IMG/VR virus record: IMGVR_UViG_3300017655_000001
Location: 1 to 64,000 of that record
DNA length: 64,000 bases
Reading direction: 5' to 3' (one strand)
DNA from: a virus
Lineage: Duplodnaviria; Caudoviricetes
Shown: positions 1 to 7,033 of the stretch, one piece after another
How the letters are laid out: each line of letters starts with the position of its first letter
How positions within the stretch are numbered: the first letter of the stretch is position 1
Program-made: the position numbers and the translations under genes
The notes under the pieces: model-generated
Databases searched by the model: none
Seen by the model: the letters and a program-made list of their open reading frames with translations, nothing else
Told to the model about the DNA's origin: nothing

Positions 1-323
1 TCCATATCATTGATGCACTGCCTAACAAAATTTGCCTTTTCAGCAAGCTCTTCCTCATATCCTTCGGGGATCTTGATAGTCCATGGAACTCGTGCAATCA
101 TCATCTCAACAAGTTCGAGGGCAGGGGCGATAGCACCATCTTTTGCCATTCGTTTATAGGTATCACCAGCATGGGGCCAACGAAGTTCTTTACTGCATTC
201 CTCGAAAATTTGACCTCCCAAAGTCAGGGTGCCAAGGAACCCACTCTCTGAAAATGAAAGGGTGGGAATATCGTTATCCCCTTGGGTTAGGGAAACTTCT
301 TCATTATCAATTTCTTCTGCCAA
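1..323 (-). CDS. Portal protein, N-terminal part (runs off the window)
   Basis: TTG start at 323 after an AGGAG RBS just past the terL stop. Frame is open to the window edge: MAEEIDNEEVSLTQGDNDIPTLSFSESGFLG...EECSKELRWPHAGDTYKRMAKD. Position after terL and sequence style fit a portal. Not in the ORF track. Confidence 0.8.
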   Translation of the reverse strand, partial: MAEEIDNEEVSLTQGDNDIPTLSFSESGFLGTLTLGGQIFEECSKELRWPHAGDTYKRMAKDGAIAPALELVEMMIARVPWTIKIPEGYEEELAEKANFVRQCINDM

Positions 324-335
324 AGAAGATTCTCC

Positions 336-1754
336 TTACCTGAGAAACGGATTATCCATCCGAAGATTAGTTGATTGTAAGCTGGACAAAAAGTTTGGTA
401 TGTTAATTTGCTCAGCCAAAATAGCCACGCTATCAGACAGCGTATCGACGATATCGTCGTGTCCAGACTCACCAGAGCGTCTTTGACCAGTAAAGGCTTC
501 TAGTTCTTTGTAGACAAAGTTAAGATCATTCGAAATTTTATTCTCATAATCATGACCACAGTTTTTAAGGAAAACTATGTGTCCGTTTTGAGCCAGAGAA
601 CTTACAGGGCGGAATCTATCCAACTTACTCTTTGTTGTAGATAGTGTTCTGACTCTGAAACCTTGTTCAGATATTTCCCTTGTAAGAATACCTGTAGCGG
701 CTTTTGCAGCGGCGCCAGGATCGAGGGGTAAAATTACATCAACGTCTACACCATCTCTAATTGCGTTATTTAGAATAAATTCTTTCCAGTCACCAAAGCG
801 AATACGTGTTCTTTGCACATCATGTACAAAGTAATTACCGTTCTTTAGTTTAGAGACTTTACAACTTGCTGTGTAGTCGGGAGAATTATTTGCATCAGAT
901 TTAAGTGTAGATGCAAGGTCGTAGCTGCGAACTGTCTTAATAATTTCTGATTTTGGTGGCTCTTCAATAGCTTCAGTCACCCAGCTTCTAATGAAGTGCG
1001 TTGAGGATAATTCCCGTGCATTCCAGTCGCCAAGTAGAAGTCTGCGACGTTCAACATCAGGGAGAGCTTCAAGAGAGCCTAGGTATTCTGGTTGATTTTC
1101 AATAAGCCATGGGTTATCATAGATAGTGCCGAGTAATACCTGAAAGCTGAGTGGTCTTACTTGTTTAGGATGATCCATCGGAAGATTTGGATTGCCGTAT
1201 TTAACAATCATCTCTTCTCTAGAATCTCCCCAAAAAATAATACCTTCTCGACGAAGAATCCATCGAACTTTGCCATTCTTTTCGGGGTCAGGGAGTCCCG
1301 CATTAGGGTGGTCATCATCGTAAAGCCACCATTTTACCCAGTTGTACAAAAATGAATCTGGATCAGGGTTACAACTTAACCAGATTGAAGGGTCTAGATT
1401 AGCTTTTGTACGCAAACGAGAGATTAACCACCAAATGTGCTTTTCATCAGCATGCGTGCATTCGTCATAGAACACATTTGACAATTCTAAACCATGGTAT
1501 AACTGCCCAGCACTGTCATTTTCATAGTGTGAGAAGGACACCGAAGCTCCTCGGTCGAAAATGATACGCTGGTCTTTGAGTTTAATTTTGATATCATCTA
1601 CTTGAGAGTAGAGATGAACAGCGGCGTCAAAAAGACCACCGCTTTTCATAATAGCTGTAGAGTTTTTACGAATACAGAATCCACGGTAAAGTGGATCGTC
1701 CTTCCATCGTAAATGTCTCATTAATCCTATATGGGACTTAGAAGAACCTGCTGC
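336..1754 (-). CDS. terL: Terminase large subunit, exon 2
   Basis: Begins AAGSSKS (second half of Walker A). Contains Walker B-like FYDE, SCNP, DNP and a C-terminal nuclease region (YDLA...HDDIVD). The ORF-track start at 1811 lies inside the intron. Confidence 0.95.
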   Translation of the reverse strand, partial: AAGSSKSHIGLMRHLRWKDDPLYRGFCIRKNSTAIMKSGGLFDAAVHLYSQVDDIKIKLKDQRIIFDRGASVSFSHYENDSAGQLYHGLELSNVFYDECTHADEKHIWWLISRLRTKANLDPSIWLSCNPDPDSFLYNWVKWWLYDDDHPNAGLPDPEKNGKVRWILRREGIIFWGDSREEMIVKYGNPNLPMDHPKQVRPLSFQVLLGTIYDNPWLIENQPEYLGSLEALPDVERRRLLLGDWNARELSSTHFIRSWVTEAIEEPPKSEIIKTVRSYDLASTLKSDANNSPDYTASCKVSKLKNGNYFVHDVQRTRIRFGDWKEFILNNAIRDGVDVDVILPLDPGAAAKAATGILTREISEQGFRVRTLSTTKSKLDRFRPVSSLAQNGHIVFLKNCGHDYENKISNDLNFVYKELEAFTGQRRSGESGHDDIVDTLSDSVAILAEQINIPNFLSSLQSTNLRMDNPFLR

Positions 1755-1991
1755 CAATACTGTTATGAAGCTCGCTACACTTCTCTCAAGTTTCCCTGAG
1801 TGTCGGACCAACTCTTAATTCAAAAGAATTCTCTCTGTTTCGGAATAGCTTTATTCCTACTCTACTCACTTCCACTTACGTGTGTTTTCGATGGCCTCTA
1901 CGCACTGTCTTTAAACATTGGCACGGGATTACCCTCAGCTTTACCTGTTAGGGCTTCCCCGTTTAAGAGAGTTTTAAGGGAGGCGCAATTC
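1755..1991 (-). ncRNA. Group I intron (237 nt, no ORF) in terL
   Basis: 5' exon ends in U (GGT) and the intron ends in G. P (AAACGGGGAAGCCC), Q (GGTAATCCCGTGCCAA), R (GTAGAGGCCATCGAAA) and S (AAGAGTTGGTC) elements are present. P7 GGCCA/TGGTC, P3 CTCTCT/AGAGAG and a P9 GAAA hairpin. Splicing restores AGG-AAGSSKS in frame. Confidence 0.93.
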
Positions 1992-2081
1992 ACCACCCGC
2001 TACCAGAATCCTCGCAGAGGAGTTGAGGTAATTTTCCTGAAATGTACTTTGGGGGCCAACAATTACTCCCTCATCACTCAT
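1992..2081 (-). CDS. terL: Terminase large subunit, exon 1 (30 codons, MSDEGVIVGPQSTFQENYLNSSARILVAGG)
   Basis: ATG overlaps the stop of the upstream endonuclease (ATGA). Encodes the Q-motif region and the first half of Walker A. The spliced protein is 502 aa. Confidence 0.92.
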
Positions 2082-2935
2082 TGCTTATTCCATCCATAAT
2101 ATTTAAGCTCTGCTGCTTCACGAGCTTTTACAGCATCTTCAAAATTAACAAACATGCCTAATCGGATATGTTCATTCTCTACGTGAATTTCAGCAGACCA
2201 TTTACCTTGTTTAGTATAAAAACTAACACCTGATTTACCAGAACTGTTATTTGGATCTAAACCTTTATTATAGCCTTGTACACTATTTGAAGCCCAACGG
2301 CAGTTTTCCTTACAATAATCCCCATTGACATCAATACGATCAAGGCTCATGCCTTCTGGAGCTTCACCCATATCCTCAAAGAATTTCTCAAAAGATCCTC
2401 CTAGGCGAGGATTCCATTCAGAACAAACTTTAATGCCTTTACCGGCATGATAAGGAAAATCTTCAGCAAGTTCTGGCTTACAACGTCTCAGCATACCTTC
2501 GTGTATCTGGTAAGTCCGTGTATTAGACATTCCGTGCGTTTTCCTAGAAGCTTCTCCTACGCAACCACAACTTGAAGTATTTCCTGAGACAAGATTGTTT
2601 GTAGTTACCAAAGTAAGGTTTTCATTACCACAATCACACTTACACCAAACTTGACGTTTGTTTGCGTATGGGTGTCGTGGACCTTCAGAAACAATCTCTA
2701 ATAGTCCATAACGATTACCCGGTTGGTAACGCATCGTACTATATCCACAGCCACAAGTTCTTTTCTTTTTAGATGTCAGGTCTTTATGTTTGTAGATGGC
2801 TTCACCGCCACATTCACAAGATACTTTCCAAAGCGCTGTGTCTGCCGTATCGTCTTCTTTTTCTTCAAACCTAGAGACTACAGTAATGAATTTAATTTTA
2901 GTTCCAACTAGGTCTTTCAATTTATATTTTCTCAT
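2078..2935 (-). CDS. Free-standing HNH homing endonuclease with C-terminal AP2-like domain
   Basis: CKCDCG repeats, KTHGMS.TRTY, MLRRC, SLDRIDVNGDYCKENCRWA and an AP2-like tail (SGKSGVSF...KWSAEI...LGMF...AVKAREAAE). Confidence 0.9.
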   Translation of the reverse strand: MRKYKLKDLVGTKIKFITVVSRFEEKEDDTADTALWKVSCECGGEAIYKHKDLTSKKKRTCGCGYSTMRYQPGNRYGLLEIVSEGPRHPYANKRQVWCKCDCGNENLTLVTTNNLVSGNTSSCGCVGEASRKTHGMSNTRTYQIHEGMLRRCKPELAEDFPYHAGKGIKVCSEWNPRLGGSFEKFFEDMGEAPEGMSLDRIDVNGDYCKENCRWASNSVQGYNKGLDPNNSSGKSGVSFYTKQGKWSAEIHVENEHIRLGMFVNFEDAVKAREAAELKYYGWNKQ

Positions 2936-3133
2936 GCTTACTCTCTAATTAAATTAAAAAGTGCGTGTCATCCCGACAAGGCATGAAAAGGAGCGTTTCC
3001 CAACGGGTCCTATTAAGAAAGCGCCCTACCTCACCAACCGTATAACTACAGCCTCATGTTTGGATTTACGGAACGCTTATAACTAATGATAGCAGAGGCC
3101 GTTACTTTATAACAACTTACTATTGAAATAAAC

Positions 3134-3154
3134 AGGGCGCTTCACAGCGAGCCT
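3134..3154 (-). terminator. Probable intrinsic terminator
   Basis: GGCTCGCT-GTGA-AGCGCCC hairpin followed by TGTTTATTT, directly after the 3166 ORF. Confidence 0.5.
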
Positions 3155-3165
3155 AAAACTTTCTA

Positions 3166-3531
3166 CTATTTACTTTCTTCGACTTCTTGTCCAGCCGCTT
3201 TAAGATATTGGCGAACCATAAGATCCCTATTTCTTCCTGTAATCAGGAATGGAGGTTTCTTCACTTCACGTTTAAACGTATCCCAATCCATTTCATCAAG
3301 TTGTTCTTTAGTAAAGATTTCTTGGATGATCTGATATTGGAAACCTGGGGTATTCTCCATAATCTCGTCTGTCTCAAAATACATGAACGCTTGGTGAGGG
3401 AAACGCATGAAAGGGACTTTACCTTCCTGAAGGACAGCACCTTTGTTAGCGAGAGCAACTACGTTTTTCATGAAGTCAAAACCGAGACTATCTTTAGTGC
3501 CAGTTACGAGGACGATATATTTGTTAGCCAT
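3166..3531 (-). CDS. Hypothetical protein
   Basis: 121-aa ORF with an RBS and its own promoter. Confidence 0.75.
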   Translation of the reverse strand: MANKYIVLVTGTKDSLGFDFMKNVVALANKGAVLQEGKVPFMRFPHQAFMYFETDEIMENTPGFQYQIIQEIFTKEQLDEMDWDTFKREVKKPPFLITGRNRDLMVRQYLKAAGQEVEESK

Positions 3532-3566
3532 TATTATTAAATCCTAAATTCTGTATGTAAGGGAGA

Positions 3567-3596
3567 AGTATATCAAACTATTCCCAAATAAATCAA
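3567..3596 (-). promoter_or_regulatory. Sigma70-like promoter
   Basis: TTGATT-18-TATACT. Confidence 0.65.
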
Positions 3597-3670
3597 GTCT
3601 TTTATAAAATATTTCTATTAAAATGCTCTATATTTCAAGAGCATTCTGTAGACTTACTTTGTACAACTAC

Positions 3671-4513
3671 TTAAACAGGTTTCTCTTCCCAAAACAGGGA
3701 GTAAACGCCTGTAGCAGCACCAGAACCAAAGTTATGCAGTCTTAGATAATAAGTACCAGCACCAAGACCACGCTCTGATTGGGCACCACCACTAACAGTT
3801 TGTTGTTGTGCTGTAGCGTTAGCTGCTACAATTCTCGTGTTTTCTACAACAGTTCCGCCAGTAACACCTGAACCAAATACAACAGGAGCAGCATGTGTTG
3901 TAATCGTAATCACTGGGTTATAATATGGCTGCTTACGTTGAGCCATTCTATTCTTACCAATAATCGGTAACGCTGTATTGAATGTAGCTACTTCTGTAGC
4001 ACCTATAAGCGCTTGGAATCTAATGCTACCAGCGTCTACTGACAAACTCTGCTCAAACAATACAAAATCAATAGGAGAGACAAACTTAAATATTTGGACG
4101 TTTCCTGCTGGAATGTTAAATTCAAAGAAACTTCTAAACTCTCTCCCTTCAAATAAGCTTGTCTGTCCTTGGTCAACACGGAGCCGTCTAAATCCTTCAT
4201 CAGCAGAAGTCCAAACATCCCTTGGAAGATTTGTAACACTATAAGGAGACACAATCTCTGCTGTGTCTTGAATTACAAGCTTACCTGTAACACCCTTCAC
4301 CCAAACAATCGTATCTGATTCTTCGACATAGAAAGTTTGAGTAGTATAGATAGGAACACCACGAGCATCATCAGCAGGTTGTGTAGGAGAAACGATGATA
4401 GAGACAAGGCCACTTGTGTGGTTTGTAATTACAAAGCTTTTACTAACTGAAATTGAAGCTAATGTATTTAGATTTGAATATGATGTACTACTTGGTACAG
4501 TTACGATTTGCAC
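3671..4513 (-). CDS. Hypothetical protein, possibly virion-associated (beta-rich)
   Basis: 280-aa ORF, GTG start after AAGGGGG, T/S/V/G-rich composition. Confidence 0.65.
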   Translation of the reverse strand: MQIVTVPSSTSYSNLNTLASISVSKSFVITNHTSGLVSIIVSPTQPADDARGVPIYTTQTFYVEESDTIVWVKGVTGKLVIQDTAEIVSPYSVTNLPRDVWTSADEGFRRLRVDQGQTSLFEGREFRSFFEFNIPAGNVQIFKFVSPIDFVLFEQSLSVDAGSIRFQALIGATEVATFNTALPIIGKNRMAQRKQPYYNPVITITTHAAPVVFGSGVTGGTVVENTRIVAANATAQQQTVSGGAQSERGLGAGTYYLRLHNFGSGAATGVYSLFWEEKPV

Positions 4514-4574
4514 AGAATTCCCCCTTATAGGAATAATTGTTTTTTGTTTTGAAACGGGGAAATTGAAAACAAGT

Positions 4575-4731
4575 ATTAGCCGCCACTCTATCCTGCTAGC
4601 TAATGGTGAGGATACGAAAGTCTATCCTCTTCTCCGCACTGTCCGTTTAGGACAAAGCTTAAATAAATGGACAGCCGCCAGACTGTCCGGGGTTCAGAAC
4701 TAGGCTGCTCTGATACCAGGCCGAAGCCTGA
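4575..4731 (-). ncRNA. Candidate structured RNA (six tandem hairpins)
   Basis: CAGGC-TTCG-GCCTG, TCAGAGC/GTTCTGA, GGACAG/CTGTCC, TGTCC/GGACA, GAGGATA/TATCCTC and ATTAGC/GCTAAT stems back to back in an ORF-free gap. Confidence 0.5.
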
Positions 4732-4733
4732 TG

Positions 4734-4770
4734 TGGTGCCGATAATCTGATTTGAACAGATAACCTATCG
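4734..4770 (-). pseudogene. 3' half of a tRNA (Thr-like), 5' half missing
   Basis: CGAT-AGGTT-ATCTG-TTCAAAT-CAGAT-TATCGGC-A-CCA: 3' anticodon strand, variable loop, perfect T-arm, acceptor strand and CCA. Starts 1 nt after the HNH stop. Confidence 0.8.
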
Positions 4771-4771
4771 A

Positions 4772-5476
4772 CTAATATGATTTACCTTCTTGGTAACGAA
4801 CTCTGCGATTATGTCTTCCGTTACCAATATTCTTACCCTTATATGTGTCGGTCTGAGAGTGACAGTTAGGACAGATTAGACACACATTATCTGGTGATGC
4901 ATTTTCACTATTACCATCAATGTGCTCAACCTCTAAAACTATGTCTTTTCCGTTCCAGTCAGTCAATCCACAAACTGAACACTTGTAACCATGGACTATA
5001 GTAAGGAAGTTCTTAAGAACCCTGTTAACAAAAGATTTACCATGCAAGTACCAATCTAAGAAGTTATCTTCTACTTTCTTTTCTGCGGCACATTTCTGCG
5101 AGCAATACTTACTTGTTGAATTTCTCAGAGGAAAGAATATTTTACCACAATTCAGGCACTCGCACTCTTGCTTTATTTTTCTAGACTTGGTTGTCTTATT
5201 ATTAACAGATACTGCACAACTTCTTGAGCAAAATTCGTTAATACGCTTTTCGTAAGAGATGACTGTCTGACAATGTCTGCACTTACGGGGATTCTCATAG
5301 TAAAGTTTTCTTGCAAAACTTGCGTTTAATTTATAAAGCCTAAGACCCCTATTCATACAAGCATTGTAGCTTGGTAGACCGGCATCTTTAAGGTCAGCTT
5401 TTGTAATAGGTAGCTGCTTTACTTTGTAAATTTCCCAAAGACGTTCCACAATTTCATCTAAAGTTATTTCGTACAT
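4772..5476 (-). CDS. HNH endonuclease (Zn-finger repeats + HNH)
   Basis: FCSRSC and YCSQKC repeats; CSVCG...LEVEHIDGNSENASPDNVCLICPNCHSQTDTY. Confidence 0.92.
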   Translation of the reverse strand: MYEITLDEIVERLWEIYKVKQLPITKADLKDAGLPSYNACMNRGLRLYKLNASFARKLYYENPRKCRHCQTVISYEKRINEFCSRSCAVSVNNKTTKSRKIKQECECLNCGKIFFPLRNSTSKYCSQKCAAEKKVEDNFLDWYLHGKSFVNRVLKNFLTIVHGYKCSVCGLTDWNGKDIVLEVEHIDGNSENASPDNVCLICPNCHSQTDTYKGKNIGNGRHNRRVRYQEGKSY

Positions 5477-5503
5477 TTGATATCCTAATATATCTTAATA
5501 AGA

Positions 5504-5553
5504 AACAGCTATCCGTGATTAGGCACGGCAGGGGAGCTACCCTTTTCGCTGTT
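5504..5553 (-). ncRNA. Three-way-junction RNA motif, copy 1 (between tRNA and HNH)
   Basis: AACAGC-GAAAA-GGG(TAGCT)CCC-CTG-CCGTG(CCTAAT)CACGG-ATA-GCTGTT. A homologous copy is at 6786-6838. Confidence 0.75.
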
Positions 5554-5555
5554 AT

Positions 5556-5630
5556 TGGAGGCAAAGCTGAGAATCAAACTCAGGTCACGGCGTTACAAAG
5601 GCCGGGTAATGATCACTATACGACAATGCC
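5556..5630 (-). tRNA. Atypical tRNA, anticodon TGT (Thr) in a non-Thr-like body
   Basis: Cloverleaf GGCATTG...CTTTGCC-T-CCA, anticodon loop TTTGTAA, T-stem CTGAG/CTCAG. Has two acceptor mismatches, a C31-C39 mismatch, no D-loop GG and T-loop TTTGATT. Confidence 0.65.
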
Positions 5631-5638
5631 GAAACTAG

Positions 5639-6028
5639 TTAATCTTCTTTCTTTGGAAGCATATGGAGCGAGAAACGAACAGGTTTCTCTGTAGCACCAA
5701 CAGAATTATCTTCTTCTGGTGTATCTTCTGTATTCTCTTCCAAAGATTTCTTAATTGTATTTCTACGCTGTTCTTCGTTGATAGCTGCTGATGTGGTTGA
5801 AACTACACGTTCCACAACCCACTTTGCAGAGCTTAATTGGTCCTTTGGGATATCTTCACCATTAATTGATTTCTCAATAATGGCAAGAGCAGGATCTTCA
5901 AGCTTTGAAAGCTTTGTTAGGAGTTTACGAAGTTCGCTCTTCTTGACCCTTGGTCCGCGAATTCCTTTTGAATTGCGATTTTCAGGATTACTTGTAAAAC
6001 CCTGAGTATTATTCTTAGGGGCTGCCAT
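5639..6028 (-). CDS. Putative terminase small subunit
   Basis: N-terminal GFTSNPENRNSKGIRGP resembles the TerS NP.GRP-type motif. Helical middle, acidic tail, 129 aa, same strand as and upstream of terL. Confidence 0.5.
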   Translation of the reverse strand: MAAPKNNTQGFTSNPENRNSKGIRGPRVKKSELRKLLTKLSKLEDPALAIIEKSINGEDIPKDQLSSAKWVVERVVSTTSAAINEEQRRNTIKKSLEENTEDTPEEDNSVGATEKPVRFSLHMLPKKED

Positions 6029-6066
6029 CGCAGATACCTCTTGTAATTATTCTAGACAGAAATCTT

Positions 6067-6255
6067 TCTGAAACCTACTAATCAAAAATAGGCTTTAGAA
6101 AGAAGCAGCTATCAACAGGAGAATGAATTGATAGCTGCACATAGCTCTACAACATGGAGGAGAAAGACATATTATAGAGAAGAAGCTTCACGTATGAAAG
6201 GAGAGTAAAACACGTGAAGCATACACATCGTTACTTGCTTTATTTCGCTGATGTG
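6067..6255. ncRNA. Array of five hairpins, three with AGGAGA (+) / UCUCCU (-) loops
   Basis: Stems GCAGCTATCAA/TTGATAGCTGC, CTCTACAACATG/CATATTATAGAG and GCTTCACGT/ACGTGAAGC with loops CAGGAGAATGAA, GAGGAGAAAGA and ATGAAAGGAGAGTAAAAC. Confidence 0.7.
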
Positions 6256-6261
6256 AATTAG

Positions 6262-6756
6262 TCAGTCAAAGAAGCCATCTCTTTCGAGATTATCAAACTC
6301 CCAATGACAGTTTGGACACAGGGGTATTACATTATCTTCACTATTAACATCTCGCAAAAGCTCGTGATCTTGGAAGTCAGATACTGCTCTGATGTGGGCA
6401 AGCTCTACGTGCTTATCGTATCCACACTTCCTACAACACTCTAAAGCTAAATGTTTTAGCCAAGATCTAGCAAAACTTCTAACGTGAGCATTAATCCAAG
6501 ATGGATGTTTACCCGCAACGGAGAGTTTTGTTCTGTACTCCCCTAAAGTTTTATCTCTATACTGATTTTCTTTATGTTCTAACCAATGTTCTTCGCAAAG
6601 TGTACTCCTATAATTTCGTACTATTTTATCACAACGAGAACAGACCTTTTTACACTTTCTCTTTGGATGCAATTTATTAGTATAATTTGCGGAACAACTT
6701 CTTGAACAAAACTTAGGATTTGTGGTTTCTGTACCACAGTTTAAACAATTATTAAT
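6262..6756 (-). CDS. HNH endonuclease; probable true start is ATT at 6756
   Basis: CRKCGY...VELAHI...DNVIPLCPNCHWEFD. The frame extends upstream through INNCLNCGTETTNPKFCSRSC, with a GGAG RBS 8 nt before the ATT. Confidence 0.85.
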   Translation of the reverse strand: MNNCLNCGTETTNPKFCSRSCSANYTNKLHPKRKCKKVCSRCDKIVRNYRSTLCEEHWLEHKENQYRDKTLGEYRTKLSVAGKHPSWINAHVRSFARSWLKHLALECCRKCGYDKHVELAHIRAVSDFQDHELLRDVNSEDNVIPLCPNCHWEFDNLERDGFFD

Positions 6757-6785
6757 TTTAAAATCTCCGATCAGACGGTATTGGT

Positions 6786-6838
6786 GAAAGCTAGTTAGTA
6801 GATCGGTACTAACAGGAGTTGCAACTCTTTTCGCTTTC
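6786..6838 (-). ncRNA. Three-way-junction RNA motif, copy 2
   Basis: GAAAGC-GAAAA-GAG(TTGCAA)CTC-CTG-TTAGTA(CCGATC)TACTAA-CTA-GCTTTC. Compensatory changes relative to copy 1. Confidence 0.75.
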
Positions 6839-6860
6839 TTGTATCAGCAATTGCTGAATG

Positions 6861-6943
6861 TGGCACAGCAGGTGCGGTTTGAACGCACATTTTCAGTTCC
6901 AATTACCCGTAGCAATTTAGAAGACTGCTGGGACTACTGCTGC
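6861..6943 (-). ncRNA. D-armless tRNA-like RNA, anticodon-like TCT, long variable region
   Basis: Acceptor GCAGCAG/CTGCTGT-G-CCA, 6-nt linker in place of the D-arm, AGCAGT(CTTCTAA)ATTGCT, T-arm GTGCG(TTCAAAC)CGCAC. Confidence 0.7.
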
Positions 6944-6952
6944 GTAAATTCG

Positions 6953-7024
6953 CTGGCATGGTTGAATTCGAATCAACGACCGGACGGTTAACAGCCGTCT
7001 GCTCTACCACTGAGCTACACGCCA
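6953..7024 (-). tRNA. tRNA-Asn(GTT), CCA not encoded
   Basis: TGGCGTG TAGCTCAGTGGTAGAGC AGACGG CTGTTAA CCGTC CGGTC GTTGA TTCGAAT TCAAC CATGCCA G. Confidence 0.93.
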
Positions 7025-7033
7025 TTTGCAAAA

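Noticed and set aside
1755-1811. ORF-track N-terminus MVRHSGKLERSVASFITVL for TerL
   Set aside because: It is read-through of intron sequence; the real N-terminus is exon 1 at 1992-2081.
6067-6255. CRISPR-like or direct-repeat array
   Set aside because: The stems are unrelated in sequence; there are no identical repeats or regular spacers. No cas genes appear in the window.
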